The notes below the pieces were generated by a model. That model was not told where the DNA came from. It was given only the letters and a program-made list of their open reading frames with translations, and ran no database searches. The position numbers and the translations under genes are program-made. Of a DNA stretch of 64,000 nucleotides, positions 1 through 13,958 are shown piece by piece (the stretch's first letter is position 1; every line of letters begins with the position of its first letter). The stretch covers positions 73,966,001-74,030,000 of the forward strand of contig OX597816.1 of the NCBI GenBank assembly GCA_951406725.2, given 5' to 3'. Source of the DNA: Octopus vulgaris (taxonomy: Eukaryota).

Positions 1-815
1 AAACAGATAATGGAACCTGGTGCAGCTCTCCAGCCATGCCAACTCCTGTCAAACTAGCCAACCCATGCCAGCATGGGAAACGGATGTTAAATGAGGATGA
101 TGATGATGATCAGGTGTTATTTAATCTAGAGGAAATGGTAGATGAGTGTATTGTGAGAGTGAAGGAGTGGTTCTTGGAGTTTAATGTTTGACAGAAATCT
201 AGGTCTTGGATTGTATTTGTGACGGAACAAAGGAGGAAACTACAAATTTCAAGTTGCTCTTAAAATCATTATCTCAGTCCTTGAAAGTAGCCCAGATGGA
301 TGGGGGTTGGATGGGGGAGAGCTTAGTGACTGCAGCTGGGCCTCTTGAAATCCCATTCTTATTGGACCACCGACCATAAACTAAGAAATAAGTGGATCAT
401 TATCATTATTTAATGCCCTTGTTCCATGCTGGCAAAGTTTGAATGGTTTCACAGGATCTAACAGGTCCAAGGACTATGTCATGCTCCAGGGCTTTCATTA
501 GCAGGGTTCTTAGGGTTGAATACCCTTTCTAATGTCAACCAGTTTATGGCATGCACCAGGTGCCTTTTTTTTACACTAGTGAGGTTGTCATGTAGTTTGC
601 AAGATTACGAACCCCAAGGTGGGGGTGAGGGGACAGTTTTATGCTGGGAGATGAGAGGGTAAAGTATGTGAGAAGGGACCAGAACAGAGCAGGTTTATTG
701 CCATGGCAGGAGTAGGGGGCACATGGTTGCTCACAATATAGAGGACAGGGTGGGAGTGATTGCAGTGGAGTAGGGAAAGGATAAAAATAATAGGGATGAG
801 GTATCTGTGTAGATC

Positions 816-1260
816 GTAGGAGTGGCTGTGTGGTAAGTAGCTTGCTTATGAACTACATGGTTCCGAGTTCAGTTCCACTGCATGGCACCTTGGGCAAGTG
901 TCTTCTACTATAGCCTTGGGCCGACCAAGGCCTTGTGAGTGGATTTGGTAGACAGAAACTGAAAGAAGCCCGTTGTATATATATATACATATATGTATAT
1001 ATATGTATGTCTGAGTATATGTTTGTGTGCGTGTGTTTGTCCCCCCCCCCAACATCGCTTGACAACCAATGCTGGTGTGTTTACGTCCCCGTAACTTAGT
1101 GGTTCAGCAAAAGAGACCGATAGGATAAGTACTAGGCTTAGAAAGAATAAGTCCTGGGGGCGATTTGCTTGATTAAAGGCGGCACTCCAGCATGGCCACA
1201 GTCACATGACTGAAACAAGTAAAAGAGCAAAAAAGAGTAAAGAGTATGAGAAGAGTAAAA
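816..1260 (+). mobile_element. tRNA-derived SINE family A (CORE-like), full length
   Basis: Head GGAGTGGCTGTGTGGTAAG (A box) and GAGTTCAGTTCC (B box), CORE-like CACCTTGGGCAAGTGTCTT, internal (TA/TG)n, tail ...GACTGAAACAAGTAAAAGAG; many copies in the window. Confidence 0.9.
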
Positions 1261-1556
1261 GAAATGAGTGAGAGGAGAAGAACTGGGAGCGTGGGCGAGT
1301 AGAAGTTGTAAGAGTGTAGTGGAAGAGTGAAAGATGAGGAATGGGTAAGGGGATGAATATAATACAAAGAAGAATGAGTGTTGTGTGGATGGTAAGGGAG
1401 GTAGGGAAGAGTAGGTGACAACTGTAGGGATTGGGTTGGGGGGGACCAATGATGGTAATGGTGAAGAAAAATAGCAGAATATTAGATTATATATGAGTGA
1501 TGGATTTTCTAACAGTTTCCACATTGAGCATCCAGTCTTGGTTCATTTGAACTACC

Positions 1557-1956
1557 TATTTCTTTACTACCCACAAGGGGCTAAACACAGAGGGGACAAA
1601 CATGGACAGACAAATGGATTAAGTCGATTACATTGACCCTAGTGCATAACTGGTACTTAATTTATGGACCCCAAAAGGATGAAAGGCAAAGTCGACCTCG
1701 GCGGAATTTGAACTCAGAATGTAACGGCAGACAAAATACCTATTTCTTTACTTCCCACAAGGGGCTAAACACAGAGAGAACAAACAAGGACAGACAAATG
1801 GATTAAGTCGATTATATCGACCCCAATGCGTAACTGGTACTTAATTTATCGACCCCGAAAGGATGAAAGACAATTTGAACTCAGAATGTAACAGCAGACG
1901 AAATACGGCTATGCATTTCGCCCAGCGTGCTAACGTTTCTACCAGCTTGCTGCCCT
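1557..1956 (-). mobile_element. SINE family C, internally duplicated (dimeric) copy
   Basis: Two tandem ~185-bp units; flanked by 12-bp direct repeat ATTTGAACTACC (1545-1556, 1957-1968); same family as 43223-43450. Confidence 0.85.
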
Positions 1957-3276
1957 ATTTGAACTACCACTTCATTAAAGTAACACTTAAGTGACTAAGT
2001 GTACCCAAAATATAATCCTCAAGCAGAACCTGCATGATACAATATGGGATGAGGCTTGACATTTAAATTACAGGTTCAAGGGTTCAATCCAGCAGATAAT
2101 CTTCCACAGCATTTCCATTCACTTATTTTCACTCATGAGGCTTTGATCAAACCATAGCAAGGATAAAAGACACAAGATACCACACGGTGGGATTGAACTA
2201 GGAATTGCATGGTTGGGAAGTGAACTTCTTAATAACTCCTCTCCAGTAGATTGTTCAGGTACCTGTGGTTAACGTCTCAGATGTTAGCCAGAGGCTTGAG
2301 CCCTTGTTCTATGTATCTGAAGTTCTCTAATTCAAAACCATGTCCACTTGTGACTATTAAGAAGAAAAAAAACTGAAGGCGAAGGGCCCGGTTCAAAAGC
2401 TAATGACAAAGTTAGCTTTGGATTTTCTGATGGATTTTCTAAGTTAACCTTACTGAAGGTACCCAGAACCAGATTACGCTTGGTTATAGTAAAATACTTC
2501 ATGACAACAATAAATATAGAAGGATTGAAAAAATAAGTAACTAGAAATTTTATTTATTATTTCATAAGTATTTTTCAAAACTAGCTAAGTGGACTGTCTT
2601 CTTAGCTGGTAGGAGTGGATTCATGTCAACAAGTAATGACCTACTAGACTGCTATTTGGGTAATATCCTCCTCAAAAGAAGGAATACCACAATGAACATT
2701 ACGTAATCAATATCTGAGTTCTGATGTACCACGGGGAACCTCACGGTAGTGATTCCTTCTTCACATTCCAGGAGACCACCATTTATATCTTCGCCCAATT
2801 CCTATCATGCACTATCAACAATGTCCAGGAAGGGAGATAACTCTCTATAAACTTCAGTGCATCTCAGAACATATCAAGGATAATTTTCTTGCTGTAATAC
2901 ACAGACGTCATCCGTTACATAGGATTAAATCCTCTGGCTCCTGGCCCTTGTATGACTTTAGTTATGTCCACTCTGTTGCAAGTATTTTGACAAGGTCTCC
3001 AATCTGAGGCATGGTTTCTGCAGCTGGATGTTTTCCTAACAATATTTATTCACAGAATAAATGGGATGCATTTTATGATGGCACCAGCACAAGTGAGGTT
3101 ATTGTGTCCTCAACAAGATGTTAGAGATGGTGCTTTGACCTAATTTGGTCTCCTAAGTGAACAATGCTCTGCACGTTCTAACCTGGTTTGCTTGCTCACA
3201 TATTAGTAAATGCTTTATTTATCAATTTCTATATCAGAACACACATTTTTGGCTTGGCTCAGAATGTCCAGTATAT

Positions 3277-3318
3277 TTATCACTGATGAGACCAAATCAG
3301 ATTGAAACTGTCAGATAA
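3277..3318 (+). ncRNA. degenerate minimal hammerhead ribozyme-like motif
   Basis: TTATCA-CTGATGA-GACCAAATCAGATT-GAAA-CTGTC-AGATAA; both core boxes intact, stem II decayed. Confidence 0.45.
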
Positions 3319-5265
3319 TCCACTGCTGTTCTGAGTCACATCCTGTGTTTTTTAACACACCAGTCTCTTTTAGAAATTTCTTTGCGACAAAATATTTTGT
3401 CTAGTGTCATTCTAGATTTATAGAGACAATATAGATGTTATACACACTGGTATTTTTGCTCTAGCATTATGATTCCATCCAGTTAATCATCTCTAAATTA
3501 AGCTGAGGTATTTAATCATGTTTTCCTCAGAGATAGAACAATTACATTCCATTAACAGAACAAAAATTTTTGACATTCCTTAATTAATTTCATCACAGCA
3601 CAGAACAGACAGTAGCTAGAGTAACTTTTGTAAAAATGGTATAATGGAAATGAATAATTACAGCATCACAGTAAAAGTATTACAAAGCATTGTCATTTCC
3701 TCTAAGAAATACATCATAGGACATGCAATGCAGAATTTTCTTTGCAGAAGATTTAATGAACATTATTTTTGTCTTATGTTTTTTTCTTTTTCCAATCAGA
3801 AATATTAATGAAAATATCACAAGGTTTATTAATTCTGTAAGTAGTAGAGATCTAGGTTTGAAAACTGGGTTGACAACGAGTTAAATGTTAAAGGTTCAAA
3901 TTATGAGCAGTAATAATTAAATGAATTAACATCTTCAAGAATTATGGAAATATTAGCAAAAATTACAAATAATTTGCTCATTTATATAATTACTGTACAA
4001 TTCCTGTCCTGAACACGGTTCCTTAACAAACATTTAATATATATATAGAATTACCATTTAGTTGTTAAATGATCAGAGACAAAACAGAGTAGTGTTAGGT
4101 CTCGCTGAGGGCATGATAACCTCTGTTGTGCTGGTGCCCCCAAAACACACTGTTAAGTGATTGGTATGCAGAAGGGCATTTGGGTATAGAAACCATGAAA
4201 AAGTATTTTTAAAATAGATGATATGAGCATGATCCTCCATCATATCTAGGAGAACAGTGACTGTAAGTAAGAATTGACTTCGATTTTGATAATCCTTCCA
4301 ACCCATGCCAGCATAAAAAGTAGATATAAACTGATAATAATAATGATGATCTTGAGAATAAATACATATAATTGCTCATACAATTGCTTATGCACACAGC
4401 AACCAGGCTTCCGTTGTGGGTTTGTAAAATAGGGTCTCTACAAGAAACCTGTTCTTGTCTCCTCTTTCTTATCTTAGCTGCTCAATATCTTGCATAAAAA
4501 CTGCCTCCCTCTCTACAATACTCCCACTCAAGAAAGGAGATCATTTGTCTTGCAAGCTACAAAGGGACCCCACTAGTGGTTGGTGCTATGAAAAATAAAA
4601 AGCACTCAATGCACTTTGTAAAGTGGTTGGCATTGGGAAGGGCATCCAACCATATAACCTATGCCAAAGCAGACAATGGAATATGATGCAGTCCTCTGAA
4701 TCATCAGATCCTGTCAAACCATTCAATCCATAGTGCTTTTTACGTGCCACCAGAACGGGAGCCAGTCAGGGTGCACTGGCCACAGCTACACCTGTTTATG
4801 ATTTCTTTTTAATGTGACAACAAAATGATATATGTTCAATATCATCATCATAATCATCATCATCATCATCCTCATCAGATCCTGTCAAACCATTCAATCC
4901 ATGGAAACATGAAGTTCACTGAAGACAGATAAATAATGATGATGATGGTGATAATGATGCTGCTGCTGATGATGATGATGGTAATGATGATGATAATAAT
5001 GGCGATGATGATGATGATGATGGTGGTGATGGCAATGATGATGATGATGATTGATTTTATCACAATCTATGGAAGAATGTGTATAATAATTCCCTGGAGA
5101 CTTCACAGAAACAGAATTTTCACACACAAACGGTAACCCTAACACTAAAATCCACTAATGTAAGTTTAAAAGCATTATCGTCATCAATAATTGAAAATCA
5201 GCCTCATTTCTTACCAGCATCTGATTAAATATTAATCAGAATCAGGTGTAATTCTTCTAACAGAC

Positions 5266-5815
5266 ACATCGTCATCATCGTTTAACATCTGTTTTCCATG
5301 TTGGCATGGGTTGGACGGTTTGACTGAGGGATGAAGAGCCAGCAGAAGCAGCAGCACCAGGCTCCAATCTGATCTGGCAATGTTTCTAGAGCTGGATGCC
5401 CTTCCTAATGCCAACCACTCCGAGAGTGTAGTGGGTGCTTTTTACATGCCACTAGCATGAGAGCCAGTCAGCGGGTACTGGAATCGATCACATTCCGATG
5501 GTGCTTTTTACATGCCACCAGCACAGGAGCCAGTCAGAGGATACTGGCATTGGCCACGTTCGGATGGTACTTTTTACATGCCACTGGCATGGGAGCTAAT
5601 CAGGATGTACTGGCAATGGCCATGTTCAGATGGTGCTTTTTACATTCCACCGGCACGGGAGCCAGTCAGGGGGTATTGGCATCGAACACATTCGGATAGT
5701 GCTTTTTACGTGCCACCGGCACAGGAGCCAGTCAGAGGTTCTGGCATTGGCCACATTTGGATGGTGCTGTTTACATGACACTGGAACGTGAGCCAATCAG
5801 GGTGCACTGGCCACA
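5266..5815 (-). mobile_element. RTE LINE 3' UTR fragment with internal tandem repeats
   Basis: Matches the 3' UTR of the RTE copy at 40335-41633; (CAT)n tail and repeated GTGCTTTTTACGTGCCACC units. Confidence 0.85.
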
Positions 5816-6810
5816 GCTACACCTGTTTATGATTTCTTTTTAATGTGACAACAAAATGATGTATGCTCAATGTCATCATCATCATCATCATCATTTAATG
5901 TCCATTTTCCATGCTGGCATGGGTTGGATGGGTTGACAGGAGCTTGCAAGGTTAGGAGCAGCACCAGATTTCCTTGTCTGTTTTGGTTTGGTTTCTACCA
6001 CTGGCATTGGTGTGTTTATGTCCCTGTAACTTAACAGTTTGGCAAAAGATACTGATAGAGTAAGTAGGAGGCTTTAAAAAAAAACATAAACACTGGAGTG
6101 AATTTGTTCAACTAAAACTATTCAAGGCAGTGCTCCAGCATGGCCACAGTCAAATGACTGAAACAAGGGTAAAATAAAAGATACAAGCATGGGTTGCATG
6201 GGAATGAATTTACTTGAAACAGCATTTTAAGGCTGGGTGCTCTGTCACCCAGGTGAGTAAATGTGTGTGTGTGTGTGTGTGTGTCAAAACTATCATATCT
6301 GAACATGTATTCCCAAAGCACATATTTAACCCTCAATAACCATGAAACGTATCATTATCTGCAATGGACTAACAAAATATCCATTTAGGAATTAATCAGA
6401 TGAGAAAGCAAAAACTGAAACCTTTCATTGATCACTACTAACAGAGTGGATGTCTGTATATGTAAACAAGCAATTTGTGTGTGCATGTGTGTGTGTGTGT
6501 GTATGAGTGAATAAGTATGGGCATGTATGTGTTGTTGTATGTATGTGAACAGATAGGAGTATATATGCGTAAATGTATGTGTGTGCATATGCGTAGATAT
6601 ATGTATCTAGATGTGTGTGTGCATGTACATACGTATGTACATGCAAATGTGTGTGTGTGTGTGTGTGTGTACTTGTATATGTGCAGGTGTGTGTGAGTAG
6701 GTGTGATAAACATGTATGTATGGATGTGTTGCTATATATGCAGATGTATTATACAAGCACAAGTGAATTTATACACATGTGACTATGTATATGCATGAGT
6801 GTGTGAGTGT

Positions 6811-6975
6811 GTTTATACATGGGTGTTTACATGTGTGTGGGAGACTTTATACACGTGGGTGTGTTTATGCATGGGTGTTTACATGTGTGTGGGAGACTTT
6901 ATACACGTGGGTGTGTTTATGCATGGGTATTTACATGTGTGGGAGACTTTATACACGTGGGTGTATTTATATGCG
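6811..6975. repeat. ~52-bp tandem repeat x3
   Basis: GGGTGTTTACATGTGTGTGGGAGACTTTATACACGTGGGTGTGTTTATGCAT repeated. Confidence 0.85.
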
Positions 6976-7009
6976 TTTATATCTGTAGGTGTATAGTTGA
7001 ACAGGTATC

Positions 7010-7300
7010 GGTGTTGGTGGTGGTGGAGGTAGTGGTGGCAGTGGTGATGATGGTGATGATGGTGGTGATGGTGGTGGTGGTGAAGGTGGTGGAGGTGGTG
7101 GCAGTGGTGGTGGTGGTGAAGGTGTTGGTGGTGGCAGTGGTGATGATGGTGGTGACGGTGGTGGCAGTGGTGATGGTGGTGAAGGCAGTGGTGGAGGTGG
7201 TGGTGGTGAAGGCGGTGGTGGAGGTGGTGGCAGTGGTGGTGGTGGTGAAGGTGTTGGTGGTGGTGGCACTGATGGTGATGATGATGATGATGGTGGTCAT
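7010..7300. repeat. (GGT)n/(GAT)n compound trinucleotide microsatellite
   Basis: Read directly; produces the poly-V/H/P/T pseudo-ORFs. Confidence 0.95.
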
Positions 7301-8235
7301 GTATGAGCATCCGTTTCCATCGTATTCTCAATGACAAACACCCACCAATCAGAGATTCCTGTTCCTGTCTGTATGTATATATGTGTGTGTTTGTGTATGT
7401 GTGTATATACATATATGTTTGAGTGTGTATGCATGTGTATGTATTTGTCTACGTGTGTGTATACTTGTATGTTTGTGTGTATATATGTATGTATGCATGT
7501 GTATGTATGCATGTGTAAGTATGTGTATATATATGTATGTGTGTGTACATACGCATGTATATGTATAAGTGAATATTTATTTACATATGTATGTGTACAT
7601 GTGCACGTGTATATATGTGAGTGTGTATTTATGTGTGTATGTGTGTGAATACATGTATGTTTGAGTGTATATATATGTATGTGTATGTATATATGTGTGT
7701 GTATGTATGTGTGTATATGTGTAAGTGAATACCTATTTACATATACATGTGTATGTGTGCATGTGTATGTGTGTGTATATATATATATATATATATAATG
7801 TATTTATGTATGCGTGTCTATGTATGTGTATGTACGTGTGATAACCTAAACTATGATATAGTTAACTAAATGTTGTTGTGACTGTCTCCTGACACACAGT
7901 GGACAATAAAGACCAAAAAAAAAATATTTAAAAAATGTCAACCTTACTAATATGGCCACCACAAAAAGGAAATAACAAAAAAACAGAAAAAAACTACTGA
8001 TTCAGGATATTAATTTCTTAATTCAGAACAAGGAAAACTGTAAATCAATAACCCACACAAACACACACACACGCACACACACATATGACGCCTGTACACA
8101 TCTACCTATAAACCCATATGCCTACACACACACACACACAGCTACAGCTACACATCTATACTTATAGAAATACATGCATATTCACACACATACCAAATAA
8201 TGAAATTTAAAAACAGGGATCTATACTATAAAGAC

Positions 8236-8284
8236 AGTAGTAGTAATAGTAGTAGTAGTAATGGTGGTGGTAGTGGTGGTAGTG

Positions 8285-8326
<42 letters not shown>

Positions 8327-8585
8327 ATGGTGGTGGTAGTGGTGGTAGTAGTAGTAGCAGCAGCAGCAGCAGCAGCAGCAACAGTAGTAATGGTGGTGGT
8401 AGTAGTACAAGCAGCAGTAGCAGTAGTAGTAGAAGCAGTAATGGTGGTGGCGGTAGTGGTAGTAGTTGTAGTAGCAGCAGCAGCAGTAGTAATAGTGGTG
8501 GTGGTGGTTTTGGTAGTAGTAGTAGTAGTGGTGGTGGTGGTGCTGCTGCTGCTGCTGTTGCTGCTTCTGCTGTTGCGGGTGGTAA
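8236..8585. repeat. (AGT)/(GGT)/(GCA) compound microsatellite
   Basis: Read directly; open in several frames. Confidence 0.95.
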
Positions 8586-8893
8586 TAGCAAAATAAATAA
8601 CTCACATTATTAACAAAAATATCTGTTAAAAATAAACTGCTTCTCTTTCAATTAAAGTTAAAAATAACAGAATTTAGTGAAATAATTTTATCATTATTAA
8701 GCTAAGCATGAAATTATGATGGTGAGTTTTATTCTCGATCACTTTAACACTTTTGTCACCATATTTCTGTTGAAATACACTGCAATTAATTTTTCTTCAA
8801 TTAACTTTTAAAATAATGAAACAGTAAAATAACTGTTATTTTAAAGCTAGCTTTTTTAATTTTGATCATTTTAACCCTTTTTTTACTTTTTAC

Positions 8894-9365
8894 CATCATC
8901 ATCATCATCATCCTCAACGACTGCTTTCTATGCTGGCATGGGCTGGAAGGGGGGGGTTGTATCAGGTTCCAATCTGATTTGGCAAGGTTTCTACGGCTGG
9001 ATGCCCTTCCTAATACCAACCACTCTGAGAGTGTAGTGGGTGCTTTTTACGTGCCACTGGCATGGGTGTCATTAACCTGACACCAGCATCGATCACAACT
9101 ACGGTCTCACTTGGCTTGACAGGTTTACACAAGCAATGGTATATCACTAAAGGTCTTGGTCACCTGTCACTGCCTCCATGACACCCAATGCTCCAATGTT
9201 GCTTTTTATGAGCCACCAGCATGGGTGTCATTGACCTGACACTGGCATTAGCCACAACTAGGGTCTCACTTCGCTTGACAGGTTTACATATACACAGTAT
9301 ATTGCCATAGGTCTTGGTCACCTGTCACTGACTCCATGAGGCCCAATGCTCAAACGGTGCTTTTT
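8894..9365 (-). mobile_element. RTE LINE 3' fragment with ~160-bp internal duplication
   Basis: RTE tail plus two copies of GCATGGGTGTCATT...GGTCTTGGTCACCTGTCACTG. Confidence 0.8.
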
Positions 9366-9669
9366 TCCATATTCCTATCAAAAAGCTCAAACTTTGTTTC
9401 AATTAATTCTTCAAATATCAAAGAATTTAAATAAATTTGCCATGATTAAGCTGGTGTTTGGAACATAATTTATCATAGAATCTTGATGTCAGGTTTTAAT
9501 TTAGCCCAGTTTAAAACAAGCCATTTGTTATCACAGGACAACATTTATCACAGAATCAAAATGTTTAAGGAATCAAGAAAATGGACCACAACAATGTCAG
9601 CTCAAGAATACTCAACCAGTTAGAAATAGCAACCAAATGTCCCTCAAATCACACCCAATCATAGTATTT

Positions 9670-10195
9670 TTTAACTTTTACTTGTTTCAGACATTAAACT
9701 GTGGCCATGCTGGGACACCACATTGAAGAGCTTTTAGTTGAATGAATTGACCTCCAATACTTTATTCTAAAGCCTGGTACTTATTCTATCAGTCTCTTTT
9801 GCTGAACTGCTAATTTATGGGGGATGTTAACACACCAATACTGGTGGTGAAAATAGACATACACACACACATGCACAAACACACACACCTATATATATAT
9901 ACACACATACCTATATATATATATACATACACACACACACATGCACAAACACAGACACACACACCTATATATACATACACACATACCTATATATATATAA
10001 ACATACACACACTCACACACACACAGATATACATGATGGGCTTCTTTCAGTTTCTGCCTACAAAACCTACTCACAAGGCTTTGGTTGGCTTAAAGCTTTA
10101 GAAGACACTTGCCCAAGGTGCCACATAAGTGGGACTGAATCCAGGACCATGTGGTTGGGAAGCAAGCTTCTTACCACAGAGCCATGCCTGTGCCT
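9670..10195 (-). mobile_element. SINE family A
   Basis: Reverse complement of the head, core and tail of 816-1260. Confidence 0.85.
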
Positions 10196-10937
10196 TATAG
10201 TTCACATTACTTTTTTACAAACACCATTCTTCAAAGCAAATAAAAACATTCTGGTGCTCATTTTGTGCATCAAGTAAACACAGGAAAGTTCTCTCCTTCC
10301 TTCATTTTGTTCAATGTCTGTTTCTCCATTCTAGCATGGCTTCATCATCATCGATTAACATCCGTTTTCTATGCTGGCATGGGTTGGACGGTTTGACTGA
10401 GGTCTGGAGAGCTGGTGGTTGCACCTGGCTCCAATCTGACCTGGCAAGGTTTCTATATCTGGATGCCCTTCCTAATGCCAACCACTCCGAGAATGTAATG
10501 GGTGCTTTATACATACCACTAAGGTGGGCCTGGCATCAACCATATTCAGATAGTACTTTTTACGTGCCACCAGCACGGGAGCCAGTCTGGAGGTACTAGC
10601 ATCAGCCACATTCGGTTGGTGCTTTTTACGTGCCACCGGTATGGGAGCCAGTCAGGCGGACAGAAATAAATATCAAAGCAGAGTTTTTATGACTGGATGC
10701 ACTTCCTGTCAACAACTCTTGTTTTCCAAGTAAGGATTTGTATTTTTGGTGGTGGGGGGAGTGTCATTTTATGAAAGTATTTAAAAGAAGAATTGCTGCA
10801 GATAGTCAATTACAAACTTCTGTAAACATCTAGATCAGAATCCAGAGATTTTTTTTTTTTGGTTAATTTTGTTTCATGTCTGTTCCCTGCCACTGATTTC
10901 TTTTATTTCATATGTTGGTGACAGCAGCAACAGCAGT

Positions 10938-11300
10938 GGAGGTGCAATGGCCCAATGGTTAGGGCAGCGGACTCGCAGTTGGAGGATCGCGATTTCAATT
11001 CCCAGACCAGGCGTTGTGTGTGTTTATTGAGCGAAAACATCTACAGCTCCACGAGGCTCCGGCAGGGGGGGGGGGGGTGGCGACCCCTGCTGTACTCTTT
11101 TGCCCCAACTTTCTCTCACTCTTTCTTTCTATTTCTTGTCCCTGACTTCCAACGCAACCACTGAGCCTGGATGCGCATTCATCCATCCGTCGATGCTCTT
11201 GGTGCCGGGGGTTGACCTGCCTTCTCTTCTGCGGGTCTTACAAATAGCAAAGGACCATGTTTCGTACTTCTCTCACTACAGAAGACTGCTTCGCTCAATA
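10938..11300 (+). mobile_element. tRNA-derived SINE family D
   Basis: A box TGGCCCAATGG and B-box-like ATTTCAATTCC; homologous to 54617-54976; CAGCAACAGCA on both flanks. Confidence 0.85.
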
Positions 11301-11860
11301 TCAACAGCAACAGCAATAAAATGGTCACCATTAGAAAGTTGAATGTCATGTGACCTTCAGGAGGATATTGAAGACAATGGTAGTGGGAGTAGGGGAGAGA
11401 GAGAGAGAGCCACAGTTAATGTCTGGAAAGTTATGTAATCTGAAAATAGATTTAGTACAAGTTCAATGTTTTTTCCTCTTTTAATACCCTGTCCTCGTCT
11501 GTGGTATCAATAAATTTTAGCTCTCTATTAGGTTTTTTTTTGCATTTCTTGCATTGAACTTTCTATCCCTTCACACTATCAGAGCATGAAATGGAGTTCA
11601 AAAATGATTAGTGATCCATGATCCACCAGGAATTTACAATAATCACTCTTCTCAAATATTAGATTCTAGTCAAGAGAAATATTATACACAAGTCCTTATG
11701 TTAAAAAAACCAGGGATAATGCAACACCCTGTTTAACGTGTGTCTGTGTAAACAATATTGCATTTAACCACAGATAAATATACCATATTTATTCGTGTAT
11801 TAGTTGCATCTTTCATTTAATGAATGTTACATCTTTTCCTTCCATAATTTTGGCACAGAA

Positions 11861-12047
11861 GGCACAGGAGTGGCTGTATGGTAAGTAGCTTGCTTACCAA
11901 CCACATGGTTCTGGGTTCAGTCCCACTGCGTGACACTTTGGGCAATAGTCCTCTAAAATAGCCTCAGGCCGACCAAAGCCTTGTGAGTGGATTTGGTCGA
12001 CAGAAACTGAAAGAAGCCCATCGTATATATGTATATGTGTGTATCTA

Positions 12048-12089
<42 letters not shown>

Positions 12090-12436
12090 GAAACATTGCC
12101 AGATCAGACTGGGCCTGGTGCGGCCTTCTGGCTTCCCAGACCCCATTTGAACCGTCTAACCCATGCTAGCATGGAAAGCGGACGCTAAATGATGATGATG
12201 ATGATGTGTGTGTGTGTGTGAGAGTGTGTGTGTGTTTGTGTGTCTGTGTTCGTCCCCCCAACATTGCTTGACAACCGATGCTGGTATGTTTACGTCCCCG
12301 TAACTTAGCGGTTCAGCAAAAGAGACCGATAGAATAACTACTAGGCTTACAAAGAATAAGTCCTGGCATCGATTTGCTCGACTGAAGGCAGTACTCCAGT
12401 ATGGCCACAGTCACATGACTAACAAGTAAAAGAGTT
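11861..12436 (+). mobile_element. SINE family A with an RTE 3' tail nested in its internal microsatellite (12087-12205)
   Basis: SINE head and core, (TA)n, RTE tail ...GGACGCTAAATGATGAT, then SINE tail resumes. Confidence 0.85.
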
Positions 12437-13367
12437 GCTTTGTATATAAGTCGCACACTTTCAATTAAAATCAAGCCTAAAACATTGGTTTCCTATTTTG
12501 TCTCAAGGCCAGCAATTTGGGTTGGGAGAGGAGTAATTTGATTACATGGACCCCAGTGTTCAACAGGTACATATTTTATCAACCATGAAAGGATGAAAGG
12601 CGATTTGAACTCACAAAGTAATGAGTCGGAAGAAATACTGCCAAATGTTTTGTCCGATATGCAAACAATACTGACAGCTTACCATCTAAATAATGGTTTC
12701 AAATCTTGGCACAGAGCCAGCAATTTCAGGAGAGTGGGTAAGTCAATTGCATCAACCCCAGTGCTCAACTGGTATTTATTTTATTGATCTCAAAAGGATG
12801 AAAGGCAAAGTAGATCTCAGCATTTAAAAAAAATTTAACTTCTTTTTTGTCTTGCAAAGTGCTTGGTGACCCTGTCAGTGCAGGTGCCTCTTAAAAGCAC
12901 ACAGTCCACACTGTAAAGTGGCTGGCATTGGGAAAGGCATCCAGCTGTAAAAACCTTGCCAAAACTGACCTTGCCTGTGCTTGGGTAGTGTAAAAAGCAC
13001 TAAGTCCACTCTGCTGAGTGGTTGGTGTTAGGAAGGGCATCCAGCTGTAAAAATCCTGCCAAAAGAGAAACAGAAGTCTGGAGCAAGCTTTTGCCAGGTC
13101 GGCTCCTGTCGAACTGTCCCACCCATGCCAACATGGAAGGCAGGCTCTAAACAATGATGATGATGAGGAAAGTAAAAACAGATGAAATGTTATCAAGCAT
13201 ATTGCTTGGTATAGCGACAGTTCTGCCAGCTCACTGCCTCATTAAAATATAAAATAACACAATATACACATGTGGTAAGATTTTAATCATTAATTCTTCA
13301 CAATATTAAACAGGTGAAATGTGAAGGCAAGAATTACCACACTAATATCTATCTGAGTTTTCATTTA

Positions 13368-13528
13368 GGTGCAGGAGTGGCTGTGTGGTAAGAGGCTTGC
13401 TTACCAACCACATGGTTCTGAGTTCAGTCCCACTGCATGGTACCTTGGGCAAGTATCTTCTATTATAGCCTTGGGCCGACCAAAGCCTTGTGAGTGGATT
13501 TGGTTGATGAAAACTGAAAGAAGCCCAT

Positions 13529-13560
<32 letters not shown>

Positions 13561-13572
13561 TGTATGTATGTA

Positions 13573-13651
<79 letters not shown>

Positions 13652-13845
13652 CTGTGTTTGCTTGTCCCCCAACCATCACTTGACAACTAATGTTGGTGTG
13701 TTTATGTCTCCATAACTTAGCAGTTTGGCAAAAGAGACAGATAGAATAAGTCCTAGGCTTACAAACAATAAGTCCTGGGGTCAATTTGTTCGACTAAAGG
13801 TAGTGCTCCAGTATGACTGAAACAAATAAGAGAATAAACGAATAA
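13368..13845 (+). mobile_element. SINE family A
   Basis: Head, core, (TATG)n(TG)n and tail all present. Confidence 0.85.
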
Positions 13846-13958
13846 ATGAACATATTCTATTAAGCCACATGTGCACAAATATTTGATGATGATGATGATG
13901 ATGAAACAGTATTTATGAGGCAACAATCATTACAGGAATCTTCCGTAATACATATTAG

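Noticed and set aside
6807-7412. Long poly-V/H/P/T ORFs in several frames
   Set aside because: Translation of (GGT)n microsatellite; open on both strands with no coding signature
8200-8613. Ser/Gly-rich 137-aa ORF
   Set aside because: Compound trinucleotide microsatellite with no support as an exon
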